Notes under the pieces: generated by a model
Told to the model about the DNA's origin: nothing
Database searches by the model: none
What the model saw: the letters and a program-made list of their open reading frames with translations, nothing else
Program-made: the position numbers and the translations under genes
Shown here: positions 22,028-35,479 of the stretch, piece after piece
How positions within the stretch are numbered: the first letter of the stretch is position 1
How the letters are laid out: each line of letters begins with the position of its first letter
Assembly: GCA_964247055.1 (NCBI GenBank)
Contig: OZ176052.1
Location: 4,216,001 to 4,280,000, forward strand
From: Paragordius varius
Lineage: Eukaryota; Animalia; Nematomorpha
DNA length: 64,000 nt
Reading direction: 5' to 3'

Positions 22028-25000
22028 CGCCTTTTGTTTATTTTGGGTTAAGGGCCAATTTTTTCCACACTCAAAATGATGTGGAATAACAAATGGCAAA
22101 ATAAAATTTGGCAGAAAATGTTCAAAACGAGTATATAATACACCTTACAGGCAAAAGGTGATATGAGCGCCTTTTATTATATTAACAAAATTATAATTAT
22201 AAATGATTGTTATCATATTCGAATTTTTATTTGATAATTTATCGGATATATACCGATTTCGTAACAAGTCGTTTTTTTAATTTTTTTGTTTTAAAATATT
22301 TAAGAAAACGAAAAGAATTTAATAAAATCAAATTTACAAAACGGTTACCGGTTAAAGATTAAGCCCATATTTACATTAAAATGTATTTAGCGGTGTGTGA
22401 TAAAAGCGATTATAATTAAATTAAGGATGCTAAAATTATCCTTAAAATTACTCCGGTAATAGATGTTTAAAATATTGAGGCACAATTGTGCAAAATTTCA
22501 TTTCATTGACGGTTATTAAATGGCGAGATTTTTACAGAATGCGAAAATGGTTTGTACAAAATTAAATTTAACCGTGTGCGAAGATTTTGGTTTAGTTTAC
22601 CATTTACAATTCAGATTCGCCCTCGAACAATTCAAATTCACCCTAAAAATTAATTTTGTGTTTTCGGGCTAATATAACTTATCCGTAATATGAAATATAT
22701 TTTTACTACATAGTTTATTATTTTTATAGCATTATGTTAATTTTAAACAGAATTTCATATTTTAAAAATATTATAATTAATAAGGGTAATTTTAAATCTG
22801 AAAAAAAAACACATAATTTTTAGGATGAATCTGAATTCGACGGTGAATTCGAATTGTTCGAAGGCGATGAATTTTTCAAGGGTGAATTTGAACTGTAAAT
22901 GGTATATTTATTTTTCTCACTAAATTTTATATAATAATACGTAATATCTGATATTATTTTTATTTAGGATTTGGGTTTTTTCTAAATATTTTTCTTGATA
23001 GATAAAACAGCATAAAAATTTATTTCCTTAATATATCTTTTTTGACTACAACAGGTTACGACTAAATCACTCGCTTTTTACGAAAAATATTTTGGCATTA
23101 AATACGAACTCCCTAAATGTGATTTAATATCCATCCCTGATTTCGCTTTTGGTGCCATGGAGAATTGGGGACTCATAACGTTCCGTGAAGTTTGCATTTT
23201 ATTGGATGAAAAAACATCGTCAACCAATACCAAAAATTACATTGCAATCGTCGTTGGTATGTATTTACGTATTTGTTTGTTTGTTAAAATGTAAAATTCT
23301 CACTTATCTCAAACAAATTACAAAAACATATTTTTATAATGTTGTAAACATTGATGGTTATTTCGTTTTTTTTTGTTTCATTAATTTTATGCTAGAAAAA
23401 GCTTGTTTTAAACTATATTAGACATCTTGATATAGTTAATTTTTTTGCAAAAATAATAACTTTTGGATGATAATATAGTATTGTATCGTTTTAACTTATA
23501 GGATTTATGCCTTAGATTTTATATTTTTTTTTGTCTAATATCTTATAGCTCATGAATTGGGTCATCAATGGTTTGGAAATTTAGCTACAATGGTATTCGT
23601 TTTCTATGCAATTATTTTATTGACAATTATATTTCCGATATTTATCAACAATTATGATTTACTAATAAAACAATGATGCCTATTATCTAAAAAATATGCT
23701 ATAATTTTACCAGTTTTTTTATTATTTTTATCAATTTTTTAATTAAACACTAAATACGTGATTTTTCACGTTCTAATAAATATTATCTTAATTTCGCTCG
23801 AAAATTAAACGCGAGTGTTTACTATTTAAAATTATTAGAGATACGTTATCTTATTTAAGATATTATTAATTTTCACTATTTTTATGTGTTACTTACGACT
23901 GAAATTATTTTATATTAGGAATGGTGGACATACCTTTGGTTGAATGAAGGTTTTGCTACATGGGTCAGTTTCCACTGTATTAGTCAAATTTATCCGGAAT
24001 ACGATATCTGGACGCAATTTGTTTCTTCGAGTTTTCATGAGGGAATTAGTTTGGATTCTTTGGCCACGAGCCATCCCATTGAGGTAAATATACTTTTTTT
24101 AAATTATTTAACCTTTATTATACCATTTACAGTTCAAATTCACCACCCTTGAACAATTCAAATTCAGCTTAAAAATAAAATATGTGTTTTCGAATTAATA
24201 TAACTCATTGATAATATGAAATATATCTTTATAACATAGTTTATTATTTTATCAGTCTTATTTTAATTTAAAACAAAATTTTTATTTTAAAAAATATATG
24301 AAAATATAGGTAATTTTTAATCATAAAAAACTTATATTTTATATGAGGGTATATTTGAATTGTACATGGTATATATTAATTTAAAATAGTTTTTGGTTTA
24401 ATCTATTATATATATTTTCATATATATTATTATTATGGTAGTTAGGGTGTTTGATTATTATATAATTTTTAGATATATTAAATCCATATTTTTTGTCTTT
24501 AACCTTATGTGGCAAAAAATTTGCAAATAATTCAAATTACCTTAGAAAATGGTGATTAGCATGAATCGACATTAAAAATAAAAATCTTTCTATTAAACAG
24601 ATAGAAAGGTATGACCCGATTTAAAAAATAATTTTTACGATAAAAAAAATAAAACAGTATGCAAAAGTTATTTTGACAAGATTATCAAGTTTTTGTGTAA
24701 AAAATCGGTTTGTCTGTCTAATTTTATTATTTTTAGGTTACAGTAAATCACCCCCATGAAATTGATGAAATTTTTGATGCCATATCTTACGAAAAGGGTG
24801 CATCTTTCCTTCGCATGATGAATGAATACTGTGGACCTGAGGTTAAATTATTTTAATATTTCAAATATTTATACACCAGGGTTTGAAACCACGCCTCGTT
24901 TTAGGTTTTAGTAAAACAGTTTATGTATTTTTTCGATTAAATTGATTCGTTTATACAAAAATAGGTAAAAATACCCCAAAAATCTTATTTAGCCGAAAAT

Positions 25001-28000
25001 TAACCGCGTAACCATTTTTGAAAAAAAAAATTAATTTTTTTAGAACAATCAGACCAGAACGGGGTTTCAAAAAAAATGTGCGAAACTTAACCTATTCAAA
25101 TCCTTGGTTTTTATTATATATATGTTTTATAATCTATTTATAATGACAGGCGTTTCAAAAGGCTCTAAATTTGTACCTTAATAAGTTCAAGTATAAGAAT
25201 GCATCAATCACGGATTTTATGAACGCTTTAGAGGAGGCTAGTGGTAAAAAATTGGGAGCTATGGATACATGGTACAAGAAAGTTGGGTATCCTCTCGTTA
25301 ATGTAAATTATTTTGATTGATTTAATTTAATTTTTTTGGTTTAACTTAAATGTCTGTATATGTTAATTTTTCTACTTGTTTTATTAATAAAGTTCTCCTT
25401 TATCCGCTATTTTCACCTTTCAAAGGAGTTAATACTATAATAATAATAATTATCATGTTTAATATGCGATAAATTTATTTAAACATGAATTATAGGATGA
25501 TATTTTATATCTTATTTTAAAAACTTGATTAAAGGTATAAATTTTTGTGTTGGTTTAAAGACATCAAAAAAATGTAAGTTTACAAAACGTGCGATACAGA
25601 TTGATGTAATTTTGTTTTAAAGATTAATTAACTAATCTGATGTTTTCAAAAATTATTTTTGCAAAATGTGCCATAATTCCAATATTTTTTGGTTAAAGAT
25701 TTTTTTAAATTACAATAAAAATTGAAATTATACGGACAAACCGTAAAAATAAGACAAACATTTTTATCTAAAAGACAACCATACCATACTTTTTAAAACA
25801 TTAATTTTTCCATACAAGCTATTAAGTTATAATTATACAATATAGAATTGATTGTGTTAGTATATATGTCTCTATTTTACACTTAATCATTTATAAACGA
25901 GTTATATTAAAATCAAGATTTTACTAATATGGGTGTCTTTAAAAAAATATTTGTCTTTATATTTTTGCGTTTTGTCCATATAATTTTATTTTTTACTGTA
26001 AATAATTAAATAAAAAAAGTTTAACTAATTTTGCAAAACATATGATATCATATATTGATTTTATTTTAGTTTTAATAGATTTATGGTAACTAGTTATATA
26101 ACAAAAAATTTATTTTTTAGGTTGAAGAAGTTAAAGACGGAAAATCACGTAAACTTAAATTGTCTCAACAAAAGTTTTTGCTTACAGGTCCAGTCAACGG
26201 TATGTACCATATAACTTTATATTTTGAAAAATTATAATGTTGGAATATATAGAAAATATTTATTTAACACTTGGATACAACACATTCATTTTAGTCCTTC
26301 GATTCAAATTGGGGTAGTTAAATACCCCAGGCCTGTTTAAAATTAACTTTAAAAAATATGGAAGGAATCAAAACGATGGCAAAATCTTGCACCTATATAA
26401 CATTAATAATCCGAAATATATAAAAAAATTTATTCAAAAATACTTGATATTACTTATTTTAAGCTAAAACCGAAAGGTAAAAATTTAGTCAACGTGACAT
26501 GCTCGCAATGGTAAAATTGAAAAATAATAAAAAATAAACAGTTTTTTCCATTTCTATCAATCTTAGATGTAATTTAAATAAAAAATTAGCTTCAATTTTA
26601 CCCTTAAAATTAAATGAAGACGATATTTAACAAAAATTTTGTATAATAAAAATGGCGTCGAAGTAGTTTGACATGGAGCTGTTTTTTCAAAACTAAATTT
26701 TATTTAAATTTTTTGGCATATTTATATTATTTTTATTAGGATAGAAGCATAAATTTAAATTAGGACCGTTTCCTTCAGTAGTTTTTAAAAAATCCTAACT
26801 TAAATTTAGTCTGGGGTATTTAGATACCCCAATTTGAATCGAAGTGTTAAACTGTATTTAAAGTTTGTTTAAAAACTAATATAAGTGGTAGTTTTTTTAG
26901 ATTCTTAATGCATGTTTTATATATTATTAAGTTTGATGAATGCATATTAAAAATGTACATGTGGTTAAAATGTTTTTTGAAAATGAATATAATCTTTGAT
27001 AAAAATATATTCAAATAGCTATTATTAACCATATATATTCTTTTTAAATGAATAATCTTTGATAAACGAAATTCCAAATATAAACATTAATAACCATATA
27101 TATATTCTTTTCTGGTATGATATATTTTTAGATGGTACTGTTTGGCAAATCCCCATGACATTTTGCAGTAAAAGTTCACCCAAAAAGCACATTGCTTCAA
27201 CTTTAATCGATAAGCAAAATCAAGAATTTGTAATTAATGATGTTACACCCGAGGATTGGATTAAGGTCCGAATTAAATTCACAATTTTTTAATAAGTTAT
27301 CCATTATTCATTTTGATTTATTCATTAAAGAGTTTTTTCGGAATTTTTCTTGGCTAATTTCAGAATAAAATATATTTGCATGTCCAATAGTTTTATCTTT
27401 TGTTTGTAAATTTATAGGAGAAACTTACTAGTTTATTTATTGCCAGATAGCATATACGATATATAAAGAAATATTGGTTTAAAGTTGGTGAATATTAACA
27501 TAAACTATATTTTTGCTGTTTATAACTAATAAAATTGCTCCTTACTGTAAATGCTATTTGTTTATCAATAATTAATAAAAAACTAATAATGTATGTTAAC
27601 TATAATTTTATGAATGCGCTTTTTACGCACCTACATAGTTGAACTGTGAGACTGTCAGTTTTTGTCGAATTCATTACAGTCCAGAAATGTTGGCTGCTAT
27701 TAAACCGGCCATAGAGAATAATACACTTAAACCGCTGGATCGATATGGGATTGAAAGTGATTCTTTTGCTTTGGTAAGTAGAATTATAAATAATTGTAAA
27801 GAAATACAAAACATATAAACTGTAAGGCAAACTTTTTATACTTTTGTTAAATTTAGGTTTTTTTACAAAAACTAAAATGATCATAAAGTATAGAATTCAT
27901 GTTACCAGTTTACATAAATGTTTATTTTACAACCCGGAACAATAGATTATCTTATAAAAATCTCTAAAAATATTTTAACCTTTAGTATTCAGGTTTTGTC

Positions 28001-31000
28001 TATTTTATTTTTTACTTGTCATTAATAATATATATGAATTATACATTTATATATGATGAATCTATATAGGAATCTCTTTGATGCTTATGATTACAAAATA
28101 ATCTGATATCAAATACTATTTTCCCTATTTTTTAGTGCTGTGTTACCCCTAGTGACCGCTTAAAATAATGTCAGCTTTATATAAATTTAGTACGGACATT
28201 ATAAAACCTTATTCTAATGTAAAATGTGAAAGTATTGAAGCCCTATTATTTTTACATTAATTTATTTCATTAAAACTCTTCTAACAAATATAATTTCTTT
28301 TTTGTTATTTTTTTTATAAGTGGACAAACTAGTTTTTATTATCTTTAACGGTTATTCGACCCAACATAAATTATGGTCCCCATACATTTATTTTCTGTTA
28401 ACATTTTAAGGTGCAAGCAGGTGTTATGCCATTAAAAGAGTTTTTGGACCTGCTTCAAGCTTATCGCAATGAAACAGATTATGCCGTGTGGTGTGACATT
28501 TCTAGCTCCTTAGGTGTTTTGGGTATCATAGCTCAATACATTCCGGATGGTGAAGGTTGGTTGGTTTTATTAATTAGCCTTTATTAATTTTCCAGTAGGT
28601 GACTTTTTTGCTTTTTATGATGCCAAAAAATCTTAAAACTAGATTTTTTATAGTTGTTAAAAAAAGGTTTGAATTTGCCGTTTCCACCATGCTTCGAAAT
28701 ACAATAAAAACATGTTTTAAACACCATTTAGCTAAGTTGTTAAGCAAAGTATACAGTATTTTTTCATATTATTTCCATTATTATTATTTAATTTACAAAA
28801 GTTTAAAGTGATAGGTTTTTTAATGAAATTAGATGTCAAGAAACTTTTAACTGTATATTTTCTATACAGGCGGAAATCATCATGAAGGATCAGATTTACA
28901 AAATTTGGGCAAAGAAACGAAAACTCAACAACTTTTCAAGAAATACGCTATTAATTTGCTGACACCGATTTACGAGAAGCTAGGGTGGGACCCTAAACCT
29001 GGGCAAAGTAATCTTTCTCAAATAAATTTTGGATTTGCCGCAATATATTATCAATATTTTATGTAGTTGAATAAAAATATATGGTTATTAAATGGTATTA
29101 TGCCTACAGTTATGTTTAGAATGTTAAAATGCAAAAATTGTTATGATTTATTTTATGCCTTTAACACCTATCTTCCCTCATGATTGCGTTTAATAAACTA
29201 TTAGTGTTAGGGTAAAGTTTGAGACGATAATATTTCCTATATAAATATATTGCATTAGTATACTATGGGTTCTTTGAGGTTGAAATTTTTTTTTAGGCTT
29301 GATAAGATTTAATTATTTTATAGAAGATAAACTAGATCTTGATTTTTAAAAATGTAGGCAAATCTAAATAATTCTTTCCAATAAACGAACTAAAAAATTT
29401 AATTGGTTTTATATAGTCGTAATTTCTTTATCCTATGTTTATGTTTTAATATTTTTTTCGAATTTGAGCTGAAAATACGACCCGCAAAGGCATTTGAGTT
29501 TGGCACTCTTGATCTAAAAACAATGTATTTATAGAGTCAACAATAATATACCCACATGAGTCAATATATACCATTTACAATATTTCACCCTCTAACAGTT
29601 CAAATCCCTAAAAATAAATCATGTGTTTTCGAACTAATAAAACTTATTATTAAAATGAAATATATTTTTATGGCATAGTTTATTATGTTTTCAGTATTAT
29701 GTTAATTTAAAACAAAATATTATTTTTTTAAATATAGGTAATTTTTTAATATTAAAAAACACATAATCGATTGAGGGTAAATTTGAATTGTAAATGGTAT
29801 ATATAATAAGAAATTCACTTATATTTTCACAAAAAAAATGTGTGATAGATCACGTTGATGCAATGTTACGTGTAATTATTTTAAGCCGTCTGGCCCGTTA
29901 TGATTACCCTCCGGTGGTGGAGGAAGCAAAAAAACGATTTACAGCTCTTTGCAATAATGATAGCAAAACTTGCAATGAAATGTCCGGAGATATGCGTGCC
30001 GCTGTATAATACATAATACATACCTTCTTTTTTTGCTAAAAATTATATAGTAAATTTGGAGAAGTAAACCAACTGAAAAAGTATTAAAGACAATGAATGA
30101 TGATTTTGATTTTCTAAAAAATGAAAGAATGCCTTTTATTTTAATTGCGGGATTATATAGTTTTGATATAAGAATCAAATACCGTATTAACATTCTTGTG
30201 GCCAATTGATAATACCTAGCGTTCATGATATAAAATAGAATCTGTCCATTATTAAATAGACAGATTTAATTTATCCAGGATCGAAAAAAAATTATTAAAT
30301 CTCAATCATTTTTTTTGTTGCGCCGATAGGCCAACATAAATATGCATACTCTGCTATGGTGTTTTTGGATAAAAGAGGCACTTTTTTATTTTTATCACAT
30401 GTATTTATAAAACATTTTTAAATTGCAGATTTACACTGCCATGCTTTCCAATGCTGATGAAAAGATGTACAATCAATTTCTTGAGGTCTGTATTACATGA
30501 TTATATAATTGATTTAGTAATTTGTTTAGATATTTTTCATCTGTTTAATAATCATTTCCTCTTGTTAGATGGCGCGTAAGAGTAATCAACAGGAGGAAAA
30601 GGTTCGAATCTATGCTCGCCTCGGACTTAAGAATGATCCTAAACTCATTCAAAAAACGTTGGATATCGCTAATTCGGTAATCTTGTAATACATTGATAAA
30701 TTTTTAGCTTATTATAAAGAGTATGCTGTTAATTATAATCTTACTTTTAATAGACAAAATTTATTGTCACATAGCTTAGTTAATTTTTTAATGATATTAA
30801 AATTCTTAAATTTACACCAAATTTATGTTCAATGAATTAGCTTTTATTTGACCACAACCAATATAAATATTTCCAATGTTTGAATCATATGTTCTGAATA
30901 ATATAGGATGAAATTCGTTTGCAAGATAAAGTGAGTGTCTTTAGTAGCATTTGTGGTCACAAGCTGGGACGTCAAATGACTTGGGATTACCTTAAGAATA

Positions 31001-31992
31001 ATTGGGAACGCGTTTTGCAATGGTATGGAGGTTTGCACCTTATGTCACGATTGATTAAGGTATAGTTTAGTTTGTAATTTAGTTTAAATATAATTTTTAT
31101 GATTATTATCAAAAATTATTTAATGATATTAACAACACGTTTTTTAGTTTCATTTATCATTTAGTATATAGTATATTTTATTTTTACATTTGACAAAGAT
31201 AACTAGTAAAATTAATTCAATCATTGCTAAATTATTAATCTAATATTAATGTAAATATTTTTCTTTTTGCAGAATGTAACCAGTAATTTTGCTTCGGAAG
31301 ACGCTGCTAAGGATTTGGAGGTATTTTTTATTTTGCAATTCACTAAAAACTGAAAAAAGTGTTATAAGATGTGCCGGTGATGTACTACAAAAGAAATTTT
31401 AAATAATTTTATGGTCATTTTTTGACTAAATCTTATAAATACGGTTATCTATTATCTATCGCAGAGGTGTTCAACACAAATGACTTCACAGGCTATATTT
31501 TGGTTTTAAAAATTTGCCGGCCGCACATAGTTTTGGAGGTCTGCGTGTTTGACTTCTCTGATCTATTATAATTAATATTAGTAAATAGGAACCGCAAATT
31601 ACATGTATTGTATACCAGTTTTAAATTGTTTAGAGTTTTGTTTCCATATTACAGTCATGTATCCTATCTTTTATCAAAAATTTATTTATTTTTTTCGTTA
31701 AATGCTTGTTTTTTTCCATTCTTTAACAAATATTTATACCCATGTAACGAAAAACAAATAAATTTTTGATAAAATAAAGGATACATGACTGTATATAATT
31801 AGAAAGTACATTTTTTTATTTAATCGACTAACTAATTATGTTTTATATAATTAGACCTTTTTTAAAACGCACGAAGCCCCGGCTGCCGAAATGGCTATAC
31901 CTCAATCAATAGAAAACATAAGGATCAATGCAAGTATGCTTAAACGTGATGGCCAAAAATTCAAGGAATATTTGACTCAAAATGTTAAATAA
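19142..31992 (+). CDS. NPEPPS: Puromycin-sensitive aminopeptidase (M1 family), 896 aa, 21 exons: 19142-19288, 19313-19394, 19430-19626, 19707-19814, 20714-20911, 23055-23256, 23549-23592, 23919-24083, 24737-24841, 25150-25302, 26121-26199, 27132-27265, 27639-27773, 28411-28555, 28870-29007, 29849-30003, 30429-30485, 30569-30676, 30907-31059, 31273-31320, 31855-31992
   Basis: [49 protein letters not shown]...WLNEGFA (HEXXH-X18-E), [18 protein letters not shown]. All 20 introns are GT-AG with consistent phases, and the total is 2691 nt. Confidence 0.95.
20095..20625 (-). mobile_element. piggyBac-like MITE (family A, copy 5, degenerate) in aminopeptidase intron 4
   Basis: Starts tacttggatacatt; ends cctggggtatttaaaaccctaatttgcaaagtg followed by TTAA (20626-20629); body is colinear with copies 4 and 6. 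Confidence 0.75.
20681..22025. repeat. Cluster of (TA)n microsatellites in aminopeptidase introns 4-5
   Basis: (AT)14 at 20681-20708, (AT)20 at 20967-21006, and further tracts near 21355, 21705 and 22000. Confidence 0.9.
21049..21445 (-). mobile_element. hAT MITE derived from the 37856-43693 family
   Basis: Begins CAGTGGTACTTACTAAAAAAATT (reverse complement of the right end of the large element). Ends gggccaattaaaagcacttttaggaccgc..taagtaacatta (reverse complement of its left end). TSD not preserved. Confidence 0.6.
22598..22904. mobile_element. MITE family E, copy 1
   Basis: TACCATTTACA(A/G)TTCA...TGAACTGTAAATGGTA inverted ends; reiterated subterminal AATTCAAATTCACCC; shared body with three other copies. 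Confidence 0.8.
24121..24371. mobile_element. MITE family E, copy 2
   Basis: ta|TACCATTTACAGTTCAAATTCACC ... TTTGAATTGTACATGGTA|ta. Confidence 0.8.
25713..25998. mobile_element. Tc1/mariner (pogo-like) MITE family F, copy 1
   Basis: TA|CAATAAAAATTG...TATACGGACAAA ... TTTTGTCCATATA...TTTTTACTG|TA; inverted arms of about 80 bp; TA TSD. Confidence 0.7.
26268..26846 (-). mobile_element. piggyBac-like MITE (family A, copy 6, best preserved) in aminopeptidase intron 11
   Basis: TTAA at 26264-26267 and 26847-26850. Ends are CACTTGGATACAACACATTCATTTTAGTCCTTCGATTCAAATTGGGGTA and TACCCCAATTTGAATCGAAGTG. Confidence 0.9.
29569..29799. mobile_element. MITE family E, copy 3
   Basis: ta|TACCATTTACAA ... 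TTTGAATTGTAAATGGTA|ta; same body as the other copies. Confidence 0.8.
31462..31560. mobile_element. 99-bp hAT-type MITE
   Basis: CAGAGGTGTTCAAC ... GTTTGACTTCTCTG; flanks atctatcg / atctatta (6 of 8 TSD positions match). Confidence 0.6.
31652..31791. mobile_element. 140-bp Tc1/mariner-type MITE
   Basis: TA|CAGTCATGTATCCT...TTTATCAAAAATTTATTT ... AAATAAATTTTTGATAAA...AGGATACATGACTG|TA; inverted arms of about 50 bp. Confidence 0.8.
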
Positions 31993-32356
31993 TAATAATT
32001 TGTTTTTGTTCAAAATCTTTTTTATGTAAAATAAATGCCATGTATTCATAATAATTCATTCTATGCACGCACCTTAGTTTATTAATTTTGTATTAATAAT
32101 TATCTTATCTTATTGAATGTAACTAGTATATATCTATGTGAAATAATCATTTTAGACATTTTTTATGCACATTTTATGTTTCTAGCATCTAATTCATGTT
32201 ACAACTTCAGTTTAGTTAATAATAAATATTTCAGTTTATATGTGTTATACACATAGTACTTTCTTCTAAACACAATTATATAGATTATTTGACCTTTTAA
32301 TTATCTTTGAGGGTAAATTAATTATGAATCATTGTTTTCCTTTAATACTCTGTATG

Positions 32357-33043
32357 CAGGGGTCAGCAACCTTTTTGGAAAAAAAAGCCAGTATGCCAAA
32401 CATTTTACATATCTGGATAATATCTTTGGTACATTAAATGAAGAATTGATTAAAATAATTATTCTAAAAAATACAACTTTTCGTTTGCATAAAAATTTTT
32501 TAACCGATGACGAAATAATTTATATTGTACTTTAGTCAACAAAGTTTGTCGTTTTTGTTTAATAACGATTGCAACAAATGCAGCAATAATTTTTTTTAAT
32601 GTGAGAAATAAACAATATTAGTTTACGCTGAAAGCATTTTATAGAAAACGACCCCGTTAATTAATTTTCTTTTTCCTTATAAAATTAATTTATTAAGGTA
32701 AATTATAGTGTCCGCAAAAAGTATATTCCGCGTCAACTTTATTTGCGAAATAATGTATGGTTAGTACCGTTTTTGTGAATAATAATAGATGAAAACATTT
32801 TCAATATTTACAACTTTGATGAATTGGGCAATATTAAAATTAAGCCCTATAAGTGAACTTTTGCCTATATATATACTAATGTTTATTTTATCTGCAATGA
32901 AGATGGAGCAGCAAACTGGCCCAATCGAAAAATGCTAATTTTTTTAAGGAACTCTTGCAAACAAATAAAAGAATTGATTTTGGGCAAAAATTATATTAAT
33001 TTTTTAGTAAATTGGACAGCCGGGGCATGAAAGCCAACACCTG
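32357..33043. mobile_element. Old hAT (Charlie-like) non-autonomous element
   Basis: Left end CAGGGGTCAGCAAC; right end GCCAACACCTG; TSD not recognisable. Confidence 0.45.
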
Positions 33044-33537
33044 ATGTAATTGATCTATTTGTCATGTTTTGAAATGCATCGCTTCTAGCGAAAATGAAAT
33101 GTATTGATTTGTATACCTTATATAACACGAATAATTACAGCTTCGGTGAAAATTTAGGTTAAATGTGCTAAAACTTTTGGAAATCAGATTTTGTCAATTT
33201 TGGATTTTATTTAAACTCTCGTTAAAATTATCAAGTTATTGTCGTGGTATGGTAAAAAACAACAAATCGTTGAAATTAAACAAATTTTTCCCTGTGTTTC
33301 ATAACTATAATTTGGTACTCATTTCAAACAAACGTTTTTATACATTTTTATATCCTGTGACATCAAAATGGCCCTACACAACTGCATTTTAAATTATAAT
33401 TAAATTTATATAAAAAGGCGATTTTTCTCTTTAAATCGCGTTTGTACTGTATAGTGACTATAAAAAATATAATTTAATAATCTTATTCAATATCTAATTT
33501 ACAAAGATGTTTATTGATTATATGGTTGGTATTATAG

Positions 33538-34749
33538 CACTGTGTGCAAAAAAGAGGGTCATTTTGATTTAACGAAAAAATTTTTTTTCATGAGATAGCT
33601 TATGACCAGCAAATTCATTTGCCGCCAAAGAACCTAGTTTTCGAAATATTGAGAGAAAATCGAAATCGGGCAAAAAGTGAAAATTAGGGATAATTAAGGA
33701 TAATTCAAAAAATAGTGATAAAATTTGAAATATTATGGTTTATTATCATTTTAGGAGATATTTTCAATATATAAATAGCCTAAAACATATAGTTAGGGTT
33801 TCTATAAAATTTCAGCTCAAAAGATGGCGTTTTTCATTTATCACACTTAACAAAAAAAATTAATGAAACTATATTAAAATAATTTTTTTTTTAATTATTT
33901 ACTATCTAAACTCACTATTAAAAACATTCATATTTTATTCAGTAAAAAAACTATATATCAAAATAAAACCAAAAAATATTGTTTTTTATTTTTACATTTT
34001 TTGTCATCTGGTTTGTGAGTGTATAAAATATTATACTGTTTAATTTTGAAATCTTACATGAGTGCGAATTATAAAGTATATAATTTATGCAAAATAAGAT
34101 TTAAAATTAGTGGAATATCAACCAATAATCCGCACAAATCCCAATACAAATATTAATTTGTCATAAAACAAACTTTTTATGATTTGTAAGGATTGTTAGT
34201 TGATATTCTATAACTTTTTTATGCTATTTTACATATATATACTTAATTCCCACTCATGCAAGAATCCAAAATAAAACAGTATAAAATTGTTCCATATGAC
34301 AAAAAAATGCAAAAATAAAAACAATATTTTTTTATTTTGATATGTCAGTATTTTTTACTGAATAAAATATGATTGTTTTTAATAGTGAGTTTAGGTAGTA
34401 AATAATTAAAAAAATTATTTTAATAGTTTCATTAAATTTTTTGTCTTTTAAGTGTGATAAAAGAAAAACACCATCTTTTGAACTGAAATTGTATAGAAAT
34501 CCTAACTATAGATTTAGGCTATTTATATATTGAAAAAATCTCCTAAAATGATAATAAACCATAATATTTCAAATTTTATCATTATTTTTTGAATTATCCT
34601 TAATTTTCACATTTTGCCCGATTTCGATTTTCTCTCAATTTTCAAAAACTAGGTTGTCAACAAATAAAAATTCTTTCTATTATGAATACGCTGGTCATAA
34701 GCTATTTCATGAAAAAAAAAATTTTTTGTTAAAATTTTTTTGCACAGTT
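33538..34749. mobile_element. 1.2-kb foldback element, CACTGTG-type ends (CMC/Chapaev3-like non-autonomous)
   Basis: Left arm 33538-~34140 is the imperfect reverse complement of right arm ~34180-34749. Ends are CACTGTGTGCAAAAAA and TTTTTGCACAGTT; flanked by TAG on both sides (33535-33537, 34750-34752). Confidence 0.8.
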
Positions 34750-35269
34750 TAGAGTACATGAATAATCGTAATTAAATGCTGGAATTATTTAAAACCAATA
34801 GGTAAAAATAGGATAGCAGGTGTTTCGGTATATTAATTATTTCCGCCAAAGTCGCCAATCTAAAACAATAACTAGCTTTACAGAGAGTTGCATAAATAAT
34901 TTTAACCTATAAATAAATGATGCGATATAATTAAATAATTTAAGTTATTTTATATTGGCAATTATTTAATTAATTATTATTCGATATTTTAGTCATTTCA
35001 TAGAGAGTTTTAATATTAATTAATAATTTTTTTTTAATTAAACTTAAAATTAAAAAATATGTTTTTGGGTGTAGATTTCTAATAGCATCGACGATTTTCG
35101 ATGAATAATACATTGCTAGTGATTAAATAATTCTAACCTTTTCGATATTTTTAATTGTCATTCAATTTCGTTGTTAATAATTAAAAGATTTAATAACTAC
35201 TATTATTTTGTTAAAGTTAAAATTATTTTTCATTTCTTTTAAATTTTAATCCGTAAAGATGAAATATTT

Positions 35270-35420
35270 TCGGTAAATTGGGCAGCCTTGTTTAACTCGC
35301 CGGATTACTGTTTGACTATCCTTTCCGGTTTCGGGGTTTTTCACATAAACAAAAGTGCCATCTCGTTTTTCCCTGCATTCGACAAGTTTATTAAAAAAAT
35401 TAAATAATAATCCTCCACAG
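35270..35420 (-). pseudogene. Possible LINE reverse-transcriptase fragment
   Basis: The - strand reads ...TFVYVKNPETGKDSQTVIRRVKQGCPIY, resembling the G(V)KQGxPLSP RT motif. Short and isolated. Confidence 0.35.
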
Positions 35421-35479
35421 TATTATTATTTAAAATCCTCTATTTTTATTAACAAATTGATATATCAACAAAACTATCC

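Noticed and set aside
24877-25106. Possible hAT MITE (CAGGGTTTGAA...TTCAAATCCTTG) in aminopeptidase intron 9
   Set aside because: Short imperfect inverted repeat, no TSD and no second copy in the window.
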